Part shown: positions 1 through 6,820 of the stretch, piece after piece
How the letters are laid out: each line of letters begins with the position of its first letter
Numbering within the stretch: the first letter of the stretch is position 1
Virus record (IMG/VR): IMGVR_UViG_3300047386_000382
Origin: an uncultured virus (IMG/VR IMGVR_UViG_3300047386_000382)
Taxonomy: Duplodnaviria > Heunggongvirae > Uroviricota > Caudoviricetes
Strand: one strand, 5' to 3'
Length of the DNA: 20,000 nt
The notes under the pieces: generated by a model
What the model saw: the letters and a program-made list of their open reading frames with translations, nothing else
Database searches by the model: none
What the model was told of the DNA's origin: nothing
Program-made: the position numbers and the translations under genes

Positions 1-52
1 CCGCTTTTTGCCCAGCTCGGATTATATTCTTCTTCGTTTCCTTTACGTTCAT
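1..52 (-). CDS. Possible 5' end of next late gene (partial, MNVKETKKNIIRAGQKA...)
   Basis: ATG at 52 in a different frame overlapping the end of the 1..602 ORF; open to the window edge; fits the tightly overlapping gene packing of this module. Confidence 0.4.
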   Translation of the reverse strand, partial: MNVKETKKNIIRAGQKA

Positions 53-602
53 ACTTAATAGCTATATCATTTGATTTCATACAATAAAGACGCTCATTGT
101 CTATAATAAACTCCCATTCGCTGCTAGGCGTAAAGCCTACTAAGCTTCCTGGGTTAATCTGAAGCGCTTCTAGCGCATTATTACCATACTTTAGTATACC
201 AATATGCTTTTGCTCTTTTTCGTTTGAATATGAGCTTGTTTCTTTAATAGGTTTTATAAAGCATCTATTGTTAACCATAACCCAATTGTTATTTTTTTTA
301 TACCCATAAACTTGATCTACGTTAACGAAATACATATTATCTTTAAAATACATACTTCCGTTTTTTTCAGCTCCTTTCATGTCGTACCACCTCCTAAATA
401 TATTGTGATGTATTAAAACAGTATCTCCTATATTTATGTTGGTATTAAAAGCAGCTGGAGTAGAAACTACTATAGCTTCTTTGTTTATGTGACGAAAGCT
501 TTCTATACTTGTATTTAGTAGCAGGCTACTGTCGCCTACCTTTTTAGTATTATTATATCGTTCGCCTTTAGGTTTTACTATAAATTGGTATAATGATTTC
601 AT
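1..602 (-). CDS. Tandem GroES/Cpn10-like protein (partial, 200 codons, missing from ORF track)
   Basis: Hand translation MKSLYQFIVKPKGERY...INIGDTVLIHH...NNRCFIKPIKE...IGILKYGN...INPGSLVGFTPSSEWEFIIDNERLYCMKSNDIAIKY; no stop before the edge; ATG overlaps stop of 602..826; both halves follow a GroES-like strand pattern. Confidence 0.65.
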   Translation of the reverse strand, partial: MKSLYQFIVKPKGERYNNTKKVGDSSLLLNTSIESFRHINKEAIVVSTPAAFNTNINIGDTVLIHHNIFRRWYDMKGAEKNGSMYFKDNMYFVNVDQVYGYKKNNNWVMVNNRCFIKPIKETSSYSNEKEQKHIGILKYGNNALEALQINPGSLVGFTPSSEWEFIIDNERLYCMKSNDIAIKYERKGNEEEYNPSWAKS

Positions 603-826
603 TAGTATTCAAGATCGTACTCAACGGAAATTGCCATGTTAGAGTTAAATTTCTTCCATGGCAAAACCTCTGAGTTTTTCTTAATGTAAATATTGTACGA
701 AGTATCTTCGTCTTCAAACAGTATAGCCGATATTTCGTGACCGCCATATACTTGCTGACCTACTGAATAATGCATTGCGTCATTCTTATAGTCTGACCCA
801 ATACTAATCTTCCTTATTAGCTTCAT
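602..826 (-). CDS. Hypothetical phage protein (74 aa)
   Basis: Clean ORF overlapping both neighbours in the late operon. Confidence 0.8.
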   Translation of the reverse strand: MKLIRKISIGSDYKNDAMHYSVGQQVYGGHEISAILFEDEDTSYNIYIKKNSEVLPWKKFNSNMAISVEYDLEY

Positions 827-1052
827 CTTGTTCGATCTTAGAATATTCGCCTGTTTCTAAATTAATATTAACAGAACCGTATTCTTTTTCAAGTTCAGTT
901 TTGAACTCTTCAATCTCTTGATTTACACCTGCAATTTCGTGTAGCAGTGCGTGTTTCTGAGACTCTGCAATACCAATCTTGTTTAGTAATGAATTTAATG
1001 CAGTTTGTTGCTTATGCAACTTTTCTAACTGCTCATCTGTAATTTTTGACAT
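804..1052 (-). CDS. Coiled-coil hypothetical protein (82 aa; start revised to MSKITDEQ)
   Basis: ATG at 1052 follows A-rich TAAATAAAATG context and avoids overlap with the holin; heptad-rich sequence. Confidence 0.75.
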   Translation of the reverse strand: MSKITDEQLEKLHKQQTALNSLLNKIGIAESQKHALLHEIAGVNQEIEEFKTELEKEYGSVNINLETGEYSKIEQDEANKED

Positions 1053-1062
1053 TTTATTTAAT

Positions 1063-1461
1063 TTAATTGTTATTGTTGGATTTCTTTGATTTTTCCCACG
1101 TGCGTCCAACAAAATACGCGCCGTAGACTGTTATTAATAATGATTGAAAAATTGGAATATATTCTTGCGCAACTTCAAAGCCACCAACATTACCATCAGC
1201 AAAAGCTAGAATAGTAAATATAGATGTAAGATACACCAGCACAAGTGGCCGAATGTTTTTAGATAAAAATGAATCTGATTGCATATCCATTTTCCATCTT
1301 TCGGTCACCTGTGTCTGTGCGTCTTGATCTGCTTTTTCCAATAACTCTTGAATCTTTTGTTTAGCAGCTAATCTTTCTTCGTCTGTAGTTGTAAGCTTAT
1401 CGATTACATTACCTACGTCTTTAATTATACCGCCCGATAAAAGACTTAAAAGTTTTTTCAT
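1063..1461 (-). CDS. Holin, 3TM (GTA-holin-like) family
   Basis: RW..D..SDS.LSKNIRP motif followed by two hydrophobic helices and YGAYFVGRTWEK; N-terminal amphipathic segment. Confidence 0.7.
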   Translation of the reverse strand: MKKLLSLLSGGIIKDVGNVIDKLTTTDEERLAAKQKIQELLEKADQDAQTQVTERWKMDMQSDSFLSKNIRPLVLVYLTSIFTILAFADGNVGGFEVAQEYIPIFQSLLITVYGAYFVGRTWEKSKKSNNNN

Positions 1462-1481
1462 TTTAATTATTTAGACTTGGT

Positions 1482-1886
1482 CTATAGACTTGGTCTAGGG
1501 CCTTGTACTTCCTGAGCTTGCTTGTAAAGTTCTCTTCTTTTTTCTTTGGTAACTGAGGAAGGAAGTCTAGACGCTGTATTAGCTTCAAATTTTGGGCCGT
1601 ACATTTTTTGAGCCCCATATCTGTCTCCTTTTTCTACCATTGCAAGTGAATCTATTTCTGCTAATTCAGGAAGAACATTTTGCGATCTATTTCTATCGTA
1701 TTCTCCTTGAGCTTTAATTGTATTTAAAAGATCTTTTTTCTTTTGAGACATTGTTTTTTTACCAGTAACAGTTACTCCGTCTTTAGGGTCTGTTTGCATA
1801 GCCATTGAATCGCCGTGAGCAAGTCCAACCGCTTTATTTGTCATTTGCCCTTTTAATACATTTGCGGGCGATTGTGTGTAAGCCAT
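1482..1886 (-). CDS. Hypothetical, possibly virion-internal protein (134 aa)
   Basis: ORF in late operon; MAYTQSP N-terminus resembles neighbours. Confidence 0.7.
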   Translation of the reverse strand: MAYTQSPANVLKGQMTNKAVGLAHGDSMAMQTDPKDGVTVTGKKTMSQKKKDLLNTIKAQGEYDRNRSQNVLPELAEIDSLAMVEKGDRYGAQKMYGPKFEANTASRLPSSVTKEKRRELYKQAQEVQGPRPSL

Positions 1887-1890
1887 TGTT

Positions 1891-2268
1891 TTAAGTTTTT
1901 AATTTATTGTTTTTAAGATCAAGTTTATATCTGGTGTATTTTATTTTTTTATTTAAATCACCACTAAATTTAAGAATTAAATTATCTTTATTTTTCAGTA
2001 TATATTTTATTTTTACTGAATAGTTATTGTCAGGGTTAAACAAAAGAGTTGTAAAAGAATTTGTTTTTACTTCTATAATTTCTTCATTAATTGTTTTTCC
2101 ACTGGTTACATCATAATTAACAACACTACTCACGCCATCTTCTCCTACGTAAATTGATGTTATATATTTAGATATAGGTGTTTCCCATAGCCCGTGAAAA
2201 TTTTTATTCTGGGCAAAAGAAAATGTTAAAATAAAATTAAATAATAGTGTTAAAAATAAGTTTTTCAT
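1891..2268 (-). CDS. Secreted protein with Sec signal peptide (125 aa)
   Basis: MKNLFLTLLFNFILTFSFA-Q: basic, hydrophobic, F-A cleavage then Gln; beta-rich mature part; very AT-rich. Confidence 0.7.
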   Translation of the reverse strand: MKNLFLTLLFNFILTFSFAQNKNFHGLWETPISKYITSIYVGEDGVSSVVNYDVTSGKTINEEIIEVKTNSFTTLLFNPDNNYSVKIKYILKNKDNLILKFSGDLNKKIKYTRYKLDLKNNKLKT

Positions 2269-2315
2269 AATATTAGATTTAAATTAAACTGTACTAATAT
2301 TATTACATGTTTTTT

Positions 2316-2528
2316 TTATTTCTTATTTAACGGGTACTCCGTTACATATTTAGCACCTGGAAATGTATAATCATAACCAGGGTACATTATTTTAGCTGAG
2401 CCATTATTATCAATACCCAGCACTTTAAATTCAACTCCTTTCATTGTTATTTTATTGCCTTCAATAACATTATAAGGCTTATTAACATCAGGGCTATTTT
2501 TTAAATATCCTTTTTTAGAAGTTTTCAT
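2316..2528 (-). CDS. Hypothetical phage protein (70 aa)
   Basis: Clean ORF, 4-nt overlap with upstream gene. Confidence 0.75.
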   Translation of the reverse strand: MKTSKKGYLKNSPDVNKPYNVIEGNKITMKGVEFKVLGIDNNGSAKIMYPGYDYTFPGAKYVTEYPLNKK

Positions 2529-2836
2529 TTACATTTATTATAAGCTTCTTTTTCCCAAGGTAAATTCTTATCACCTTCTTTAATGCTAGATCTAGGAATT
2601 ATACGGCCTTTCCAATATACGTTTTTATCATCGTAATCAAGATCGCCTCTGCGCATTTGATCTATATGTACACGCTCATGTTTAACAACCTCTTTCGCTT
2701 CTAACGGTGATAAATTTTCATCTACTATTATTGTGCCGTTATTGTTGGCTTTGCCTAAAACGCCTTCTTCCATGTCTACATAGTACACTGGAGTTTCATC
2801 CATTTTAAATGGAGCAGGTTTCATTTTAAAAGCCAT
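2525..2836 (-). CDS. Small HExxH zincin-like metallopeptidase-domain protein
   Basis: VKHERVHIDQ motif preceded by GTIIVD strand and followed by PWEKEAY (candidate third ligand Glu). Confidence 0.6.
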   Translation of the reverse strand: MAFKMKPAPFKMDETPVYYVDMEEGVLGKANNNGTIIVDENLSPLEAKEVVKHERVHIDQMRRGDLDYDDKNVYWKGRIIPRSSIKEGDKNLPWEKEAYNKCK

Positions 2837-2839
2837 AAT

Positions 2840-3004
2840 TTATTTTTTACCGTATGGTACAACTTTATTAAGATACGCTTGACGCTTTTTACAACCGCAG
2901 CCGCCTGGTATGTTTAAACCATTAGCAACTTGCTCTGCAAACTTATCTATGCCTGTGGCTTTAGTAGCACGCGCTATAGTATCACCAAGCCCTCTATCTT
3001 TCAT
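2840..3004 (-). CDS. Small phage protein, 54 aa (GLGDT...CGC motif; missing from ORF track)
   Basis: MKDRGLGDTIARATKATGIDKFAEQVANGLNIPGGCGCKKRQAYLNKVVPYGKK*; exactly fills the gap between flanking genes. Confidence 0.8.
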   Translation of the reverse strand: MKDRGLGDTIARATKATGIDKFAEQVANGLNIPGGCGCKKRQAYLNKVVPYGKK

Positions 3005-3005
3005 A

Positions 3006-3320
3006 TCAGCAATTCCATTTTCTTCGCGCAGCTCTTCCTCTTTCAGACTTCCAGCCTTTAGATCGTGCGCAAAATGATTTTCTACGCTTCCACGCTTTAC
3101 TTCCTTTCTTAAGCTTTGACGGAGGCGTAGTTACAGCAGTTGATAGTTTACTACCTGGATTATCTTTACGATATTTCTTAACACCTTTTTCGGTCATACC
3201 GCCGCCGGCTTTACTACCAGTACCACTACCTTTTTTTACTTTAGCATAATAGCCTTTTGATTTCTTCCTAGATGGAGCATCGCCTTTTTTAGTGAACGGT
3301 GAGCTATGTTGAACGTACAT
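3006..3320 (-). CDS. Very basic phage protein (RRKSFCAR...RRKWNC type)
   Basis: K/R-rich ORF with a C-terminal motif common in aquatic phage late regions. Confidence 0.75.
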   Translation of the reverse strand: MYVQHSSPFTKKGDAPSRKKSKGYYAKVKKGSGTGSKAGGGMTEKGVKKYRKDNPGSKLSTAVTTPPSKLKKGSKAWKRRKSFCARSKGWKSERGRAARRKWNC

Positions 3321-3322
3321 AA

Positions 3323-3508
3323 TTATTGTTTTGCTCGTTGTGTAATAGGCGGGTTTAAGTCATAAGACTTGCAAGGGTATTTTTTAATTTGCATACCGTT
3401 TGCGCCTGAGCTACTGCCTTTTCCCATAGGAAAACCTGAGGTATCGATAGGTCCGTCCCATACGTGAGACTCTCCTACTATTCCGCCTTTTAATGGTTGT
3501 TTTTTCAT
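3323..3508 (-). CDS. Hypothetical protein (61 aa)
   Basis: ORF with AAATAATTATG start context, packed in the operon. Confidence 0.7.
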   Translation of the reverse strand: MKKQPLKGGIVGESHVWDGPIDTSGFPMGKGSSSGANGMQIKKYPCKSYDLNPPITQRAKQ

Positions 3509-3518
3509 AATTATTTAT

Positions 3519-3806
3519 TTATTCTTTATAACCTTCTATTCTAGCTTTTATAACGTCAGCTTGTGTAATTTTGCCATCGCCTGTTTGATCTTTCATAAAC
3601 AAAGGTGCATTTAAACCGCCTGCCGCGTATTGACGCATTTCAGGTGACCCCGCCATTCCTTGTATGTTTTGTTGAACTTGTGGTGTAAAGCCGCCGCCCA
3701 TTGGCGCCATTTGAGGAGGCACCATTGTTGTTTGCATTGGCTGTCCTGTCATAGGATCTATTTGAGGGTTGCCCAAACGCATTATTGGATTTTTTGTATA
3801 AGCCAT
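3519..3806 (-). CDS. Pro/Gln/Met-rich protein with C-terminal EF-hand/dockerin-like loop
   Basis: DQTGDGKITQAD fits a Dx[DNT]xDG Ca-binding loop; low-complexity N-terminal part. Confidence 0.6.
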   Translation of the reverse strand: MAYTKNPIMRLGNPQIDPMTGQPMQTTMVPPQMAPMGGGFTPQVQQNIQGMAGSPEMRQYAAGGLNAPLFMKDQTGDGKITQADVIKARIEGYKE

Positions 3807-3808
3807 AG

Positions 3809-4252
3809 CTATCTTTCTTTGTCGTTATTTATTCTTTTGATTGCAACCTGAAGCATTCTGTCTGTATACGCTTTGCTTTTAATTACGCTTTGTGTCGCGC
3901 TACTTGGAATATCTTCTTCACCTGTAAGTATTCTATAAACACGAGCTAATAGCTGTGTTGTTTTTAAAGATACTTTATATAGACTGCCTTTGCTATCTGA
4001 TTTGTTACCTCTTCGCCATAATACTATCCAGCCTTCTTTTAGAAGTCGTGAAAACCTGTTGTTGTCCCAGCTGTATGCATATGTATCAAGTTTAAAATCT
4101 GTTTTGCTAAAAAAACCTTGACAGTCTAAAAATAAAAGAAGCTCCAGATCTGCATCTTTTATGTTGTAATTCCTGCATGCCCATCTTCTAACTATACGGT
4201 AGTGCTTTAATACGTTTGAGTCACGCAAATCTGAAGCCTTTATTGTTCTCAT
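3809..4252 (-). CDS. Putative winged helix-turn-helix DNA-binding protein
   Basis: DLELLLFL...FSRLLKEGWIVLWRR...LYKVS pattern resembles MarR-like wHTH; overlaps groES stop. Confidence 0.5.
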   Translation of the reverse strand: MRTIKASDLRDSNVLKHYRIVRRWACRNYNIKDADLELLLFLDCQGFFSKTDFKLDTYAYSWDNNRFSRLLKEGWIVLWRRGNKSDSKGSLYKVSLKTTQLLARVYRILTGEEDIPSSATQSVIKSKAYTDRMLQVAIKRINNDKER

Positions 4253-4509
4253 AATATAACGACTACATCCTGCGCTTTAATTACATTGTATACTTTATTT
4301 TCAAGTTCAATGGAATGGCCGGCGTGCCTATCATAATAAATAGCATCGCCAGCCTTTATTCCAACTATATCGGCGCCCGCTGATATTACGCTTGCTTTTG
4401 CGTATCTTATATCTTCACGGGCATTTTCTGCAATTAGCAGACCGCCTTCTGTTTTTTGTGAACCTTGTTTTTCTTTTTCTACTATTAAGTAATACCCGAT
4501 TGCTTTCAT
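4249..4509 (-). CDS. groES: Co-chaperonin GroES (Cpn10)
   Basis: KTEGGLLI mobile loop, VISAG, IKAGDAIYY, VIKAQDVV; adjacent to groEL. Confidence 0.9.
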   Translation of the reverse strand: MKAIGYYLIVEKEKQGSQKTEGGLLIAENAREDIRYAKASVISAGADIVGIKAGDAIYYDRHAGHSIELENKVYNVIKAQDVVVIL

Positions 4510-6056
4510 AACTGTTCTACTCTAACGTTATTAATTACACAATCGGTTGATATGATTGTTGTGGCTACTGAAGCCGCGTTCCGAAGGGCGCTTTTAGTAA
4601 CAAGTAGTGGGTCGATAATTCCAGACTTAATCATATTCACCATACCCCCTGTAACAACATTTAACCCTCTGCCTTTAATAGTAGGCTCTTCAAATTCTTC
4701 AATACCTGCATTACTAAGTATCGTATGAAAAGGCGCTTTGATTGACTTATAAAGTAGTTCTTCGCCTTTGCTGACAGTTTTTATTTTCTGTGCAGCATTT
4801 AAAAGAGCTATTCCACCACCTGGTACTATACCTTCTTTAATCGCGGCTTTTGTAGCACATATAGCGTCTTCAACTCTATCACGCTTTTCTTTTAACTCAA
4901 CTTCTGAATTAGCACCGACTTTTACAACGGCAACTTTTGCAGATAGTCTTGCTAGCCTTTTTTCATACCTAACCTTTGCAGCTGGCATCATTGGCTTTTC
5001 AAGATCTTTTTGTATTGCTTTAATTTTTTCTTCAACCTCTTCTGACTTGCTTTTAATTTGCAAAACAGTTTCTTCTGTATTAGTAACTGCTTTAATGCAA
5101 GTACCCAGCATTTCGATATCTATGAGGTCCATATCGTCTCCGAGATCTTCATTAATAACCTTGGCTCCTGTAAGCATACAAAGGTCTTGCATTACTTCCT
5201 TACGCGTTATACCGTAGGTCGGTAAATCAATTACGTTGACCTTTATGTTGCCTTTCATTTTATTCATCGCAAGAGTATTCAGCACTTGAGGCTCAACGTC
5301 TGCAATTACTAATAATGATTTATTCTTTTTTATAACATGCTCCAAGACTGATTGAATCCTACGTATATTTGGAATTGGTGATTCCGATATTAATATATAA
5401 GGGTTGTCAAGCTCTGCAGCATTTATATTTTCGTTTGTTATAAAGTGATTAGATTTAAGAGGCTGATCATATTGCACACCATCTACAACTTCTATTGTTG
5501 TTTCAGGTTCGTCTGTGGTTTGCATGATAACCACACCTGTATTACCTACATACTTAAAAGCATCACTTATAAGCTTACCAAGTTCTTTATCGTTGTTTGC
5601 AGATATAGTTGCCACTTGGTCAATCATATCACCGTCAACTGGTATTGCAATCTTTTCTAAGTATGCAATTACTTTTTCAACACCACTAGCAATTCCTTCT
5701 TTTAGTGTTCTTGAGCTATCTCGCTCTAATGCTTTGTATGCATTTTTAAGAATTGCATGTGCAAGTACAGTTGCGGTTGTTGTTCCATCACCGGCTTCTT
5801 GTACTGTTTTTCGAGCAGCATCTTTTAAAAGCGTTGCGCCCATATTTTCAACAGGGTCACGCAAAAATATATTGTTTGCCACTGTTACACCGTCTTTTGT
5901 GATTACCGGTCTACCTTTATCGTTTTCAAGTATTACGCTAAGACCGCTAGCCCCTAGTGTGGAGCTAACGGCTTTTGTTAGCTTTTCAATACCTTTGTAA
6001 ACCTTAGAGCGAGCATCGCTTCCAAAGTTTAAATTCTTAACTATTGCGTCAGACAT
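4506..6056 (-). CDS. groEL: Phage-encoded chaperonin GroEL (Cpn60), 516 aa
   Basis: ITKDGVTVA, AGDGTTTATVLA, KVGANSEVELKEKRDRVEDA, EGIVPGGG, GIIDP motifs; no GGM tail. Confidence 0.97.
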   Translation of the reverse strand: MSDAIVKNLNFGSDARSKVYKGIEKLTKAVSSTLGASGLSVILENDKGRPVITKDGVTVANNIFLRDPVENMGATLLKDAARKTVQEAGDGTTTATVLAHAILKNAYKALERDSSRTLKEGIASGVEKVIAYLEKIAIPVDGDMIDQVATISANNDKELGKLISDAFKYVGNTGVVIMQTTDEPETTIEVVDGVQYDQPLKSNHFITNENINAAELDNPYILISESPIPNIRRIQSVLEHVIKKNKSLLVIADVEPQVLNTLAMNKMKGNIKVNVIDLPTYGITRKEVMQDLCMLTGAKVINEDLGDDMDLIDIEMLGTCIKAVTNTEETVLQIKSKSEEVEEKIKAIQKDLEKPMMPAAKVRYEKRLARLSAKVAVVKVGANSEVELKEKRDRVEDAICATKAAIKEGIVPGGGIALLNAAQKIKTVSKGEELLYKSIKAPFHTILSNAGIEEFEEPTIKGRGLNVVTGGMVNMIKSGIIDPLLVTKSALRNAASVATTIISTDCVINNVRVEQL

Positions 6057-6090
6057 ATTAAATTAAATTAAATTAGATTAGACAAATGTC

Positions 6091-6384
6091 TTATTCGAAA
6101 GTTTTTACAACTACAGGCCCTTTTGCAAAATCGAGTTTTTTTGTATAGTGCTCTACTGAAGCGTCAATCGCTGCTTCTGCACCACCAATAGTTTCTCTTC
6201 GCGTTACGTCGACCCAATCGTTATCTTTATTTGGATTAAGGTATTCGGTTTGAAAATATCCATTTGGTAGTTGTACAATTCGCCAATTCTTTTTATCAAC
6301 TAAATGATTTAAAAATTGAACTTCTTCTTCGGTTATTTTTGGAGATGATGTTCCCCAAGAATAGGTTCTATAATACAGTGTCAT
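6091..6384 (-). CDS. Hypothetical phage protein (97 aa)
   Basis: Clean ORF upstream of groEL. Confidence 0.8.
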   Translation of the reverse strand: MTLYYRTYSWGTSSPKITEEEVQFLNHLVDKKNWRIVQLPNGYFQTEYLNPNKDNDWVDVTRRETIGGAEAAIDASVEHYTKKLDFAKGPVVVKTFE

Positions 6385-6464
6385 AGGTTTTGGTTTTAAT
6401 TAATTATTGGTTTACTCTATCCCGAGTAGGGTATATGTTATATATTACTGGTTTTTACTGATTT

Positions 6465-6803
6465 TTACCAAGGTACATCCTTAGCAACTGATGTAGGAGT
6501 GATAAGTTCTACAATCTGGGCGTCTAGATTAGCTTTTAATGCGTCAATATCCAAATCACTAGCTTCTAACCAACCTACAACATCTGACTGCGTAAGACTA
6601 TCAAAAGCAATATAGCTATTAGGATCTGGCGCACCAACAACCTGAGTGCCAATTGATGTTGCTGAATATGCCTCGCCTTCTGGATCTGTTTGATCTGAAG
6701 TAGCGGTATAACTCCAATGCACATTATAAACCACATTAGAAAGGCTTTCTTCAGCCGGATGTACATCAAGTTTATTTATTGTCCAAGTGTATGTATTTGC
6801 CAT
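6465..6803 (-). CDS. Tail-fibre-associated/assembly protein (start revised to MANTYTW)
   Basis: Directly downstream of the long fibre; YTWTI..LD...VVYNVHW...AFDSLTQSDVVGW pattern typical of fibre accessory proteins; ATG at 6803 after an A-run. Confidence 0.6.
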   Translation of the reverse strand: MANTYTWTINKLDVHPAEESLSNVVYNVHWSYTATSDQTDPEGEAYSATSIGTQVVGAPDPNSYIAFDSLTQSDVVGWLEASDLDIDALKANLDAQIVELITPTSVAKDVPW

Positions 6804-6820
6804 TTTTTTATTATTATTTA

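Noticed and set aside
4249..6056. groEL/groES as host chromosomal contamination
   Set aside because: Reversed gene order, divergent sequence without GGM tail, and overlap-coupled to phage-type genes
6413..6433. Possible terminator hairpin TACTCTATCCCGAGTAGGGTA
   Set aside because: Weak alternative stems and no U-tract on the coding (minus) strand
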